Positions 51,362 through 60,466 of a stretch of DNA of 64,000 nt are shown here, piece after piece (the stretch's first letter is position 1; every line of letters starts with the position of its first letter). The translations under genes were made by a program, and so were the position numbers. This stretch comes from Halobacteriovoraceae bacterium (lineage in GTDB: Bacteria > Bdellovibrionota > Bacteriovoracia > Bacteriovoracales > Bacteriovoracaceae). The stretch is from contig CAVRCF010000005.1 of the NCBI GenBank assembly GCA_963719505.1, positions 832,001-896,000 of the forward strand, written 5' to 3'. The notes under the pieces are model-generated. The model was not told the origin of the DNA. It did not search any database and saw only the letters and a list, made by a program, of their open reading frames with translations.

Positions 51362-51979
51362 TTAGCTTAAAACTTTTACGAGTTCAACTTTGAAAGTTAA
51401 AACTGAATTTGGACCAATTTGTCCACCAGCTCCTCTTTCTCCGTAAGCAAGATGAGCGGGAATAACTAGATTCCATACCGATCCTTCTTTCATTAATTGA
51501 AGGGCTTCTGTCCAACCTGGAATAACTCCCCCTACTGGAAAAGAAGTTGTCTCACCTCTTTGATAACTAGAATCAAAGATTGTTCCATCAATAAGTCTTC
51601 CCTCATAATGAACTTCAACTTTAGAGGCAGCCGTTGGGCTGATGCCAGATCCTTCTTTTTCTATAGAGTACTGAAGTCCCGTCCCCGTTGTCATCACTCC
51701 TTCTTTTTGTTTATTTAGTTCTAAAAATTTTGTTCCAATTTCTAGATTTTTTTCGCCTGCAGCAGATGCCATCTCTTGAGCTTTCTTTGCCATCTCGACT
51801 TGAAAAGCATTCATTATTTTTTGAGTTTCTTCAGCATCCATTTCAGATTCTTCACCTTTAATTGAAGAGTTGAATCCTTTTAAAAAAGTATCCACGTTTA
51901 CACCAATGCCTTGAGTAGCGAAGTCACCGCCGATTTGACGACCAATGATGTAGCTGACTTTGTCCATGTGATTTTCCAT
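51362..51979 (-). CDS. FKBP-type peptidyl-prolyl isomerase (FklB/FkpA-like)
   Basis: DKVSYIIG, VHYEGRLIDGTIFDSS, VIPGWTEAL, AYGERG. Confidence 0.93.
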   Translation of the reverse strand: MENHMDKVSYIIGRQIGGDFATQGIGVNVDTFLKGFNSSIKGEESEMDAEETQKIMNAFQVEMAKKAQEMASAAGEKNLEIGTKFLELNKQKEGVMTTGTGLQYSIEKEGSGISPTAASKVEVHYEGRLIDGTIFDSSYQRGETTSFPVGGVIPGWTEALQLMKEGSVWNLVIPAHLAYGERGAGGQIGPNSVLTFKVELVKVLS

Positions 51980-51993
51980 TTTTTTCTCCTGTT

Positions 51994-52395
51994 TTAAATT
52001 TTACCTGTTATAGATATTGGTTTTTTTGTTTCTGAAATTGCGACAAAAGTAAATTCTCCTGAACACGCGACATATTTTTGAGTTGAGTACATTTCTTCTA
52101 AATGAATATCAACTTGAATTTTACAGCTTGTCTTTCCCACCTCTACGACTTTTGCAATGAGTTCAGCTATACATCCAGCTGGGATTGGTTCTTTAAAATC
52201 AATCTTATCTGTAGAAACAGTAACAACTCTTTGTCTTGAAAATCGAGTGGCACAAATAAAAGCCAACTCATCCATCCATTTCAGAGCCGTTCCTCCAAAA
52301 AGAGTGTCATAGTGGTTTACGGTGTTTGGGAAAATGGCTTTTACTTGGGTAGAAATGGAGGCTTCTATGGCCTTTTGTACTTTCTTTGAATTCAT
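51994..52395 (-). CDS. Acyl-CoA thioesterase (hotdog fold, YciA-like)
   Basis: NHYDTLFGGTALKWMDE; start ATG 52395 after GAGGAG. Confidence 0.9.
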   Translation of the reverse strand: MNSKKVQKAIEASISTQVKAIFPNTVNHYDTLFGGTALKWMDELAFICATRFSRQRVVTVSTDKIDFKEPIPAGCIAELIAKVVEVGKTSCKIQVDIHLEEMYSTQKYVACSGEFTFVAISETKKPISITGKI

Positions 52396-52399
52396 TTTT

Positions 52400-52505
52400 C
52401 TTCTCCTCGGAAGTTTATTGGATTTTGTCTTTTGAGGATCTGACTTAGAGACAATTCTCTTCACAGTTGCGGGACAGCTTGGGAGTCGCACCCAATTCAC
52501 TCGCT
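52400..52505 (-). ncRNA. Cobalamin riboswitch (compact, Cbl-II-like) with an RBS hairpin
   Basis: Minus strand GAGTGAATTGGGTGCGACTCCCAAGCTGTCCCGCAACTGTGAAGAGAATTGTCTCTAAGTCAGATCCTC: P4 hairpin, CCCGCAACTGT and AAGTCAGA B12-box. Downstream CTTC-CGAGGA-GAAG hairpin carries the RBS. Confidence 0.85.
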
Positions 52506-52556
52506 GGTATACTAGAACTTATTTTATGGATTGAAAAACTTAATGCTTTGAGCAAT

Positions 52557-52583
52557 AAAAAAGGGAGTGATTACTCACTCCCC
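52557..52583 (-). terminator. Terminator of the 52614..54614 gene
   Basis: GGGAGTGA-TTAC-TCACTCCC with an upstream A run (T run on the minus strand). Confidence 0.85.
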
Positions 52584-52613
52584 TAATATTGATTAATGAC
52601 TTTTTATTAAAAG

Positions 52614-54614
52614 TTACTCGTTTCCTCTTCCTCTTCTTCGTGAACTTCCAGAGCTACCTGAGCTACGACTTGAACGTCCTGAGCTACTTGATCTTGTGCT
52701 AGAGCCTCTACTTGAAGATCCAGAAGATCTACTTGTTGTAGGTCTTGATGGTCTTGAAGGTCTGCTTGTAGTAGGTCTTGAAGGTCTACTAGGACGACTT
52801 GTCGTTGGTCTTGATGGTGGTGTAGGTCTCGTTGTTGGACGTGACGGACGCGTTGGCGTTGGTCTTGTCGTTGGACGTGACGGAGGTGTTGGTCTTGTCG
52901 TTGGACGGTTCGGTCTCGTTGGAGTCGGTCTCGTTGTTGGACGATTTGGTCTCGTTGGAGTCGGTCTCGTCGTTGGACGGTTTGGTCTCGTTGGAGTCGG
53001 TCTCGTCGTTGGACGATTTGGTCTCGTTGGAGTTGGTCTCGTCGTTGGACGGTTCGGTCTCGTTGGAGTTGGTCTTGTCGTTGGACGGTTTGGTCTCGTT
53101 GGAGTTGGTCTCGTCGTTGGACGGTTCGGTCTCGTTGGAGTCGGTCTTGTTGTCGGACGGTTCGGTCTCGTTGTTGGACGGTTTGGTCTATTCGTTGGAC
53201 GATTTGGTCTTGTATTTGGACGAGTAGGTCTCGTCGTTGGACGATTAGGTCTGTGCGCTGGACGGTTAGGTCTCACAATGACAGGTCTGTTTGGTCTTGG
53301 TCTTGTGTGCGGTCTGTTTGGTCTTGTTTGAACAGGTCTATGCGAAACACATCTTCCAGCACTCGGAGAATATCTTCCAGATCGACAAGTTCTATTTGAG
53401 TAAACACTTCTTCTTACACATCTTAAAGCCCCATGGTCATATCTATAACCACCACGACAAGTTGAATAAGATGTTCTTGAACGACAAGTCCCAAAACTTG
53501 GATCGTAGTAACTTCCTTGACGACACTGTCTTGTATTAAATCGACATGTATAACCATCCCAGTATTGTCCAGCTCGACAATAAGAGAAGTTAGAAACGCA
53601 TCGACCTTGGTAGCTTGAATAATGAGTCCCTCTACCACATTGTGTTTGACCAGCGTATATACAGCTTCCGTATGTCCAGCTGTATCTATAACCTATCGAA
53701 CATGTCGTCGTTGATCTGACACATCTATTAAAATAAGAATCGTATTCGTAGTTATATGGACATCTTTGGTAAGAATTTCTCACACATCTATAAAGAAAAT
53801 GGTCGTAGTAACTACCAGGAGAACAGCTTACATGAGTTGGTCTTGAGTATCTTACACAAGCATTAAGTTGTGGGTCCCAAAAAGTTCCAGCTTCACATGT
53901 TGATCCAGAATTTTGAACACAGTAACCAAGAGTTTCGTCGTAATAATAACCAGCATCACACTGATAACGATCAACTGTTTCTGCACTAACTTCTAATTGA
54001 AATTGTTTATAAACATACAGCTCAGAAAATTCCGTTGTCTTTTTTGCAAGAACAGTAAATTCATAAACTCCAGCATATGATGACGTTCCAGAAATTTTTA
54101 AATCTTTACCGTCTTCGATATCTAAACCTTCAGGAAGCTCTCCCTGAATAAATTCTAGAGTTGTATCGTTTGAATTATTGAGAAGTTCAATTGACTGCTC
54201 TGCATATTCATTTTTTTTGAAAGACTTTAAATGTCTATCTGTCTCAAAATTTGGATGCTCTATGTTTTCATTTTCTTCAGAGATAATACAAACTCTATGT
54301 GTATCAGCTTTATCGCTAGAGACAGAATTCATCTCAACGAGAAAACATAATTTCCCTAAAAATTCAGGAGAACCAGCAAGAATAAATGTGTTCTGTTCAA
54401 GTGGAGTTAAAATTAATCCAACAGGTGTTGCATTTGAGTTGATTTGAAACTCTAATTCTTCATCACTTTCCACTGAGAATTCAACTTCGGAATACTCTCC
54501 ATACTTTACTGATAAATCTTCTTGATTGTACTGCAGTCTAAATTCGTTGGTTCCATTGGCAAAACTTGCTAGTGAATAAACGAATAAAGAAAGCATAATA
54601 AACATTTTTCTCAT
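52614..54614 (-). CDS. Secreted modular protein: acidic Ig-like domains, about 10 Cys-Tyr repeats, Arg-Pro-Thr tandem repeats and a Ser/Arg tail
   Basis: Signal peptide; GELPEGL...ISGT...GVYEFTV (putative Ig); C-x2-G-x-aromatic-aromatic-D-x5-C repeats; AAGGAG RBS. Confidence 0.85.
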   Translation of the reverse strand: MRKMFIMLSLFVYSLASFANGTNEFRLQYNQEDLSVKYGEYSEVEFSVESDEELEFQINSNATPVGLILTPLEQNTFILAGSPEFLGKLCFLVEMNSVSSDKADTHRVCIISEENENIEHPNFETDRHLKSFKKNEYAEQSIELLNNSNDTTLEFIQGELPEGLDIEDGKDLKISGTSSYAGVYEFTVLAKKTTEFSELYVYKQFQLEVSAETVDRYQCDAGYYYDETLGYCVQNSGSTCEAGTFWDPQLNACVRYSRPTHVSCSPGSYYDHFLYRCVRNSYQRCPYNYEYDSYFNRCVRSTTTCSIGYRYSWTYGSCIYAGQTQCGRGTHYSSYQGRCVSNFSYCRAGQYWDGYTCRFNTRQCRQGSYYDPSFGTCRSRTSYSTCRGGYRYDHGALRCVRRSVYSNRTCRSGRYSPSAGRCVSHRPVQTRPNRPHTRPRPNRPVIVRPNRPAHRPNRPTTRPTRPNTRPNRPTNRPNRPTTRPNRPTTRPTPTRPNRPTTRPTPTRPNRPTTRPTPTRPNRPTTRPTPTRPNRPTTRPTPTRPNRPTTRPTPTRPNRPTTRPTPTRPNRPTTRPTPPSRPTTRPTPTRPSRPTTRPTPPSRPTTSRPSRPSRPTTSRPSRPSRPTTSRSSGSSSRGSSTRSSSSGRSSRSSGSSGSSRRRGRGNE
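52885..53175 (-). repeat. 36-bp coding tandem repeat (RPTTRPTPTRPN), about 8 copies
   Basis: Plus-strand unit GGTCTCGTTGGAGTCGGTCTCGTCGTTGGACGGTTT with synonymous variation; degenerate copies extend from about 52700 to 53340. Confidence 0.9.
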
Positions 54615-54677
54615 GTCTTTCTCTCCTTACGATTAACATTAAGTGTCAAAAAATAAATTTTGTAACAAAGGTTAAGT

Positions 54678-54693
54678 TGCAAAAGATGGGCCA
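54678..54693 (-). promoter_or_regulatory. sigma54 -24/-12 promoter
   Basis: Minus strand TGGCCCATCTTTTGCA. Confidence 0.72.
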
Positions 54694-54782
54694 TTAAAAC
54701 GGTCTGATATCGGTGTCAATTTAGGATTTTTTGTGGTGATTTAAGACAAACTGCACCTTGCGACGCAGCTTATGGTGTCGCG

Positions 54783-55178
54783 TTATTTTTCTTTTTTGGT
54801 TATAAGAGAAACATTTTCTAATTTATTTTTTTGCAAAGAGTCTAAAACTTTCACAAGCCTTTGGTACTTAACATCGCCATCCACACGAAGATTAATAAGA
54901 GTTTTACTATCGACGTCAGAAAGTTTTTGTTTTAAATCCTCCATTGAAAGTTCACTCCCCTCAAAGGCCACCTGCTCACCAGTCATTTCAATTGTGACAG
55001 ATTTCTTTAGAGTTTTATCTCCCTTTCCTTCTTCTGTTTTTGGAAGACTCAAAAGGAGAGCAAGTTCTTCTTTCTTAAAAACGGATGAGACAAGAAAGAA
55101 AATCAAAAGGAGAAAAACCACATCAATCAGTGGAGTTAATTCAGGTGTTAATGTTTCTCTTCTCGACTTTCTGGCCAT
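54783..55178 (-). CDS. exbD: Biopolymer transporter ExbD/TolR
   Basis: LTPLIDVVFLLLIFFLVS. Confidence 0.9.
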   Translation of the reverse strand: MARKSRRETLTPELTPLIDVVFLLLIFFLVSSVFKKEELALLLSLPKTEEGKGDKTLKKSVTIEMTGEQVAFEGSELSMEDLKQKLSDVDSKTLINLRVDGDVKYQRLVKVLDSLQKNKLENVSLITKKEK

Positions 55179-55198
55179 AATATTCTCTTTTCGTTTTT

Positions 55199-55720
55199 TT
55201 ATTTTTGAAAATTTTCTTTAACGACTTTTTTCTCAAGTTCAATTTCTAAATCATCTAAGACGCCAACTAAATAGTTATAACCAACGAAATGAGGGATTGC
55301 CACGATGAGGCCTCCAACTGTCGTTATTAGAGCCATAGCAATTCCACCAGCAAACATCGATGGGTCACTTAGACCTTGCTCACTAATGACTTTAAAAGCA
55401 GACAAGATTCCCAAAACTGTTCCTAAAAGACCAAGAAGCGGGGCAATTGATGCAATGATTTTAATAGTGTTTAATCCCGACTCCAAAGCATGGACCACTG
55501 ACTGCACTTCGTCCTTTAAGATATTAATAGCAATATTTGAATCTGTATTTCCGTAGCCTTTATATTTAGAAGTGACCTCCGCTCCTAAAGCATCTTTGTG
55601 TTTTCTAGCGCCGAGGATTGTGAAAATTTTCCAAAATAAAATGGTAAAGCCAATGATATTTAGCACAAGAAGAATGTACATAATAGGTCCACCCTGGTTG
55701 ATATAATCAAATAATCTCAT
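55199..55720 (-). CDS. exbB: MotA/TolQ/ExbB proton channel
   Basis: IASIAPLLGLLGTVLGI, AGGIAMALITTVGGLIVAIP. Confidence 0.88.
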   Translation of the reverse strand: MRLFDYINQGGPIMYILLVLNIIGFTILFWKIFTILGARKHKDALGAEVTSKYKGYGNTDSNIAINILKDEVQSVVHALESGLNTIKIIASIAPLLGLLGTVLGILSAFKVISEQGLSDPSMFAGGIAMALITTVGGLIVAIPHFVGYNYLVGVLDDLEIELEKKVVKENFQK

Positions 55721-56405
55721 CTGTACTTCCTTTAATGTTTATTTCAACAGTTTCATCTTTCTTTTTAAAAAATATTTTTCTTATGATCCAAATCAAAAGA
55801 ACAAGGACAATAACGCCTAAAAGTATAAGCTTAAACTCTTTTATCTTTTCAAGTATAACTTCACCATAAGTGGCCACAAGATAAACTTGTGTTGGAACTG
55901 AGAAAAGAGCTGCAAAGCCATCCACCATAATAAACTTCCAAATGGGAACGCCCATTATTCCGCAACTAAGATGCCCTGGAAATCTTACACCGGGTGTAAA
56001 GCGAAAGATACCACAAGCCCAAAAAGAATATTTTTGAAAAAGCTTGTTAATCTTATCCAATCGAGACGTGCCTATTTTTTTTGTAAAAAACTTTGAATGG
56101 ACAATCTTTCGTCCAAAGGTCTTGCCCAAAAAATAAATGAGCAGGTCGCTTCCAAGAACCGCAATAAAACAAACGATACACAATGTAACAAGGTTTACTC
56201 CCTCAGCTCCTGGAAATGGAGGTGGATATTGCCCTGGATGAGCGGCCATGTAGGCAACTAATCCGGCCGAGACAAGAGTCATCTCTTCTGGAATTGGAAG
56301 TCCAAATGAGCTCGCCGTCATAAATAAAATAATGAATCCATAAACCAATTGAGGTTGGTAGGCGTAAGTCGCAAAAAATTCAATGAGGTTAAAATCTAAC
56401 ACCAC
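55707..56405 (-). CDS. DedA family protein
   Basis: GLPIPEE, GSDLLIYFLG, RFTPGVR. Confidence 0.9.
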   Translation of the reverse strand: MVLDFNLIEFFATYAYQPQLVYGFIILFMTASSFGLPIPEEMTLVSAGLVAYMAAHPGQYPPPFPGAEGVNLVTLCIVCFIAVLGSDLLIYFLGKTFGRKIVHSKFFTKKIGTSRLDKINKLFQKYSFWACGIFRFTPGVRFPGHLSCGIMGVPIWKFIMVDGFAALFSVPTQVYLVATYGEVILEKIKEFKLILLGVIVLVLLIWIIRKIFFKKKDETVEINIKGSTDEII

Positions 56406-56424
56406 TAAACATTAAGCCACTTTC

Positions 56425-59010
56425 CTATTCTAGTAAAGAGCGAATTGGTTTTTTATAAACACCTGACGCATTGAGAAGCACAAGGAGAAATGTTATTAAT
56501 ACGACTATCATTATCAAGTAAAGATAATAAACATAATCAACTTTCCATACTCCATCAAAGAATACTTGAGAGAGTAAGTTTCCAACAATCAAGCTTAAAC
56601 CTGAGCCCAGAATCGTAGCTGATATAGAAATTTTTATAAACTTGTAGGCAAAAATCATAATTATATTTTTTGGGCTCATACCAAAAGATTTTAACAGAAG
56701 GATATCGTATTGCTTCTTACGCAGTTGATTTTGAATTATTGCGTAGACGACAAAAAAGCCCACCAAGATACAAAGATAGGCCATGATCTTTATCGCAAAT
56801 GACATCGAGTTAAAAACACCTGAAATTTTCTCTAACAATTCCGACACATTGATAATCGATATGTTTGGAAATTTATCCACGATAAGATCTTGGACATCGA
56901 GTTGCCTTTGTTCCGACAGCTCATCGATCGCACCGAGATAACTTTGTGGTGCATCTTCAACAACTCCTTCTTGCAGGGTAATAAAAAAGTTTGGCAAAAA
57001 GCTAGTCCATTTAATTTTACGAAGTGAAGTGACGACACCTTTAAATTCTACACCTAAAACATCAAAGGTAATTGTGGATCCAACGTCAGCTTTAATTCGA
57101 TCGGCGTACCTACGGTCTAGAGATATCTCAAATTCACCCTCGCCACTATATTTTCCTTTAAAAGGCTCACCCTTAGTAAGAGTTTGTGTATAATTGAGTT
57201 CATTAGAATATGTAAGGTTAATCCCGCGATTTCTAAAACGAACTCTTTGCTCATCCTCTCTGGTTTGAAACTCACCTTCGTCTTTTTCTCTGGTAAACTC
57301 TTTTCCATTGAGCTTTGAAATCCTAGCTCTAATCATAGGAGTAAGATTGAGAATGGGAATATTTTTTTCTTTTGCAAAAGTCACTAGACTCTCTTTTTGC
57401 TCTTGTTGAATATCAAACATAAAGAGGCTTGGCTTTTTCGTTTTCGAATCTAAAAGTTCTTCATTTAAACTGACCTCTAATTGAGAAATGATAGACAGAA
57501 GCATGACTCCTATACTGATAGAGAGGAAAGTGAGGGTTGTTGGAATTCTCTCTCGAAGAAGAAATCTCAAGCTCACCCCAAATTCTATATTCACCACAGA
57601 GGAGAAAGTTCTCTCTTTGTCTAAAAACAATTTTTGTAAAAGAGTCAATACATAGGGAATAATAAGAAAAATCAAGCCTGAGCTTAAGATGAGAATTAAA
57701 GTAAAAGCACTACCAATAACAACAGAATGAGCTTGCCAAATTGAGACGAGTTCTATGGCAACAAGTAGAGGAAGAAACTTGAAAAAGTCGGTTTTATTAA
57801 ACTCAAATTTAAGATTCTTCTCCCCTCCAAAAAGATCGTGTGATTTTTTACCAATTAACTTTTGAATAATGGGATAACAAATCAAAAAAGTAAAAAGAAG
57901 AGCAATACATAAACTTATCAACATTGACTCAAGGGAAACATACAACGAAACTGGAACCTTTAAAACTTCACTTAACTGGTTTGCTCCCAGCGGTAAAATA
58001 ACCGCCCCTAAGCTACTTGAAATAAGGACAGCGATAGTTCCTAAAAAGATAAGCTGCAAAGAGAAGACTTTAAAAATACTTTGTGTCCCTAAGCCCAATG
58101 ATTTCAAAATGGCAATATCCACTATCTTTTTAAAAACGAAATCTTGAAAAAGAAAAGCAGCACCAATAGCAGATAAGAAAATCGCGACGAGTGAAACAAG
58201 CCCTAAATAATCAGACAAGTAATTCAAAACTCTCCCTACCTGCTCACTTGAGTTCTCAGGCAAAAGCACTTTAAAGGCTGGATCGTCGAGGACATCGAGA
58301 ATTTCAGTTTGCATTTTTTTAAAGTCGATGGATTCACTATTATCTAACTTATACTGATAGGTATAGTTGGCCACGCTTCCCTGACTTACGAGCCCCATTT
58401 CTTTTTCGTACTTTTTATTGACGTACAACTTTGGCGCTAAAGATATTCCTCTTGATGAACTTGTCGAGTCATTTTCGATAATATCATCAATAGTGAAGAC
58501 CACTTCTCCAAGTCTCAGTTTGTCCCCTAAATCCACCTTTAGTTGATGGGCCAGCTCTTTTGAAACCCAGATGAGAGGAGATTGGTTAAGGTTTTCTCTC
58601 AAATCCAGGTCGAAGGATTCTTTGTTTTTAAGAGTGATTTCTCCATACAAAGGATAATTTCCTGAAATCATTTTAATCTGAAGAAGTCTGGACTTCTTTG
58701 TCTTCTCATTTTGTCCCATGGAATAAATCTCTGAGACGAAAGACTTTATGGGAGCATTTTTAGAGAATGTCGTGAGGATTTTCTCGACTTTTTTTGCCTG
58801 AATATCTGATAGTTTCTTTCTTGAACTCACAGAGACATCACTTGCGAGAAGAGTTCTTGATCTAGCACTCAAAGATTCGTTAACACTTGTTTTAAATGAA
58901 TGAAGAACGAGAAAGCCAAGGATACCTAAGCTTAAATTGAGAATAAAAAACAAAACAAATTTTTTACTATTCGAAAGTTCTCTAAAAGCAATTTTAAAAA
59001 TCAATCTCAT
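56425..59010 (-). CDS. ABC transporter permease, FtsX-like (YbbP-type)
   Basis: 861 aa, duplicated FtsX domains, YPLYG, PSLFMFDIQ, PNFF. Confidence 0.85.
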   Translation of the reverse strand: MRLIFKIAFRELSNSKKFVLFFILNLSLGILGFLVLHSFKTSVNESLSARSRTLLASDVSVSSRKKLSDIQAKKVEKILTTFSKNAPIKSFVSEIYSMGQNEKTKKSRLLQIKMISGNYPLYGEITLKNKESFDLDLRENLNQSPLIWVSKELAHQLKVDLGDKLRLGEVVFTIDDIIENDSTSSSRGISLAPKLYVNKKYEKEMGLVSQGSVANYTYQYKLDNSESIDFKKMQTEILDVLDDPAFKVLLPENSSEQVGRVLNYLSDYLGLVSLVAIFLSAIGAAFLFQDFVFKKIVDIAILKSLGLGTQSIFKVFSLQLIFLGTIAVLISSSLGAVILPLGANQLSEVLKVPVSLYVSLESMLISLCIALLFTFLICYPIIQKLIGKKSHDLFGGEKNLKFEFNKTDFFKFLPLLVAIELVSIWQAHSVVIGSAFTLILILSSGLIFLIIPYVLTLLQKLFLDKERTFSSVVNIEFGVSLRFLLRERIPTTLTFLSISIGVMLLSIISQLEVSLNEELLDSKTKKPSLFMFDIQQEQKESLVTFAKEKNIPILNLTPMIRARISKLNGKEFTREKDEGEFQTREDEQRVRFRNRGINLTYSNELNYTQTLTKGEPFKGKYSGEGEFEISLDRRYADRIKADVGSTITFDVLGVEFKGVVTSLRKIKWTSFLPNFFITLQEGVVEDAPQSYLGAIDELSEQRQLDVQDLIVDKFPNISIINVSELLEKISGVFNSMSFAIKIMAYLCILVGFFVVYAIIQNQLRKKQYDILLLKSFGMSPKNIIMIFAYKFIKISISATILGSGLSLIVGNLLSQVFFDGVWKVDYVYYLYLIMIVVLITFLLVLLNASGVYKKPIRSLLE

Positions 59011-59672
59011 CTTTTATCAAGCCTATGATTTTTGAGTTGATACACTTCATCACACTGTTTTGACAGTTCAATATCATGGGTCACCAAAATCATGGTCGTT
59101 CCTACATTTTTCACAAGATCAAAAAGAAGCTCCATGACTTCCTTTCCTGTCTCTTCATCTAGGTTACCACTGGGCTCATCAGCAAAGATAACTTTTGGGT
59201 TTGTGACAATAGCCCGAGCAATGGCCACTCTCTGTTTCTCTCCACCACTTAACTCATGGGGAAAATGTGAAGCCCTTTGCCCTAAGCCTACTTTCTCTAG
59301 GCAGTCTTTAGCTTTTTGCAGGGGATTATCTATTTTTAAAATCTCCAGAGGCAAAAGAACATTCTCTAAAGCCGTGAGATTTCGCATAAGATGAAACTGC
59401 TGAAATATAATACCAATATTTTTTGCTCTAAAAGTGGCGAGATCACTTTCGCTGAGGCTTGTGATATCTTGATTATTAACCACCACGGAACCTGTGTCGG
59501 GTTTATCCAGTCCAGCCCCCAGAGACAGAAAAGTTGATTTACCACTTCCAGATTTTCCAATGATAGCAATACTGCTAGACTTTTCAACTTGGAGGCTCAG
59601 CTGATCTAAAACAAGAAGCTGATTCTTATCTTTTCCATAAGACTTAGAAATTCCTTTTATATCAATAATCAT
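59007..59672 (-). CDS. ABC transporter ATP-binding protein (YbbA-type)
   Basis: GKSGSGKST, LSGGEKQRVAIARA, FADEPSGNLD. Confidence 0.92.
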   Translation of the reverse strand: MIIDIKGISKSYGKDKNQLLVLDQLSLQVEKSSSIAIIGKSGSGKSTFLSLGAGLDKPDTGSVVVNNQDITSLSESDLATFRAKNIGIIFQQFHLMRNLTALENVLLPLEILKIDNPLQKAKDCLEKVGLGQRASHFPHELSGGEKQRVAIARAIVTNPKVIFADEPSGNLDEETGKEVMELLFDLVKNVGTTMILVTHDIELSKQCDEVYQLKNHRLDKR

Positions 59673-60274
59673 AAAAGCTCTTTTTTAATAACGGGATAAA
59701 GCTTTTTAGCGATGACTTCATATCCCTTTTTATTGGGATGAATTCTATCCCCAAGGTTTAACTCTGCCTTTCCCCCTACTCCCTCTAAAAGAAAAGGATA
59801 GAAAGCGAGTTTATATTTTTTCTTTAGTCTGATGAAAATATTTTTAAACTTTTCTTGATACTCTTTTCCGTAGTTGGGTGGCATCTGCATTCCGCATAAT
59901 AAAATTTTCATTTCATTTTCACGGGCCAATTCAATAGTCTTTTCTAAGTTTTTATAGGTCGTTTCGATATCAAAACCACGCAGTCCATCGTTCGCTCCTA
60001 GAGCTAAGACCAGATGAGTTGGCTTTGCTTTTAAAAACCACTTTAGTCTTGAAGGCCCTGATGAGGTGGTCGAACCCGATACTCCACCGTTGAGAACCTC
60101 TACGTCTATATTATCTTTTTCAAACATTGTTTCTAAAATGGAGGGAAAAGAATCTTTTTTTGGCAGCTGGTACCCCTCAGTAAGAGAATCCCCTAGAAAA
60201 AGGATCTTACTCTTTCCTAAAGCTGAAAAAGACAAAAGAACCAAAATTAACGATATCAAGCTTAGATTTTTCAT
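59669..60274 (-). CDS. tesA: Arylesterase / acyl-CoA thioesterase I (GDSL)
   Basis: FLGDSLTEGY, LGANDGLRG, PPNYG, DRIHPN; ybbAP neighbourhood. Confidence 0.88.
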   Translation of the reverse strand: MKNLSLISLILVLLSFSALGKSKILFLGDSLTEGYQLPKKDSFPSILETMFEKDNIDVEVLNGGVSGSTTSSGPSRLKWFLKAKPTHLVLALGANDGLRGFDIETTYKNLEKTIELARENEMKILLCGMQMPPNYGKEYQEKFKNIFIRLKKKYKLAFYPFLLEGVGGKAELNLGDRIHPNKKGYEVIAKKLYPVIKKELL

Positions 60275-60364
60275 CTAAATAACGTAACTTACTTAAAATA
60301 GAAAAGAAAGCTTGAACAGATACCCCAAAACTTTGTATAATATAAATCGAAACAAGGAGTTTTT

Positions 60365-60466
60365 ATGAGTATCGCGTTAAAAGCCATTGCCGTTGTTATG
60401 TTTGCTCTCGTGGCCATTTTGGGCATCACTTTCGCTGTGGGCTTACCTCTTAACTTTGTTATGTAA
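60365..60466 (+). CDS. Small single-TM peptide (33 aa) MSIALKAIAVVMFALVAILGITFAVGLPLNFVM
   Basis: AAGGAG RBS 5 nt upstream; hydrophobic ORF; its TAA abuts the next ATG. Confidence 0.65.
   Translation: MSIALKAIAVVMFALVAILGITFAVGLPLNFVM

Noticed and set aside
52696..53340. 36-bp periodic repeats as a CRISPR array, and antisense ORFs 52696..53331 and 52832..53227
   Set aside because: There are no unique spacers or cas genes. Variation is synonymous in the minus-strand frame, so the plus-strand ORFs are shadows.
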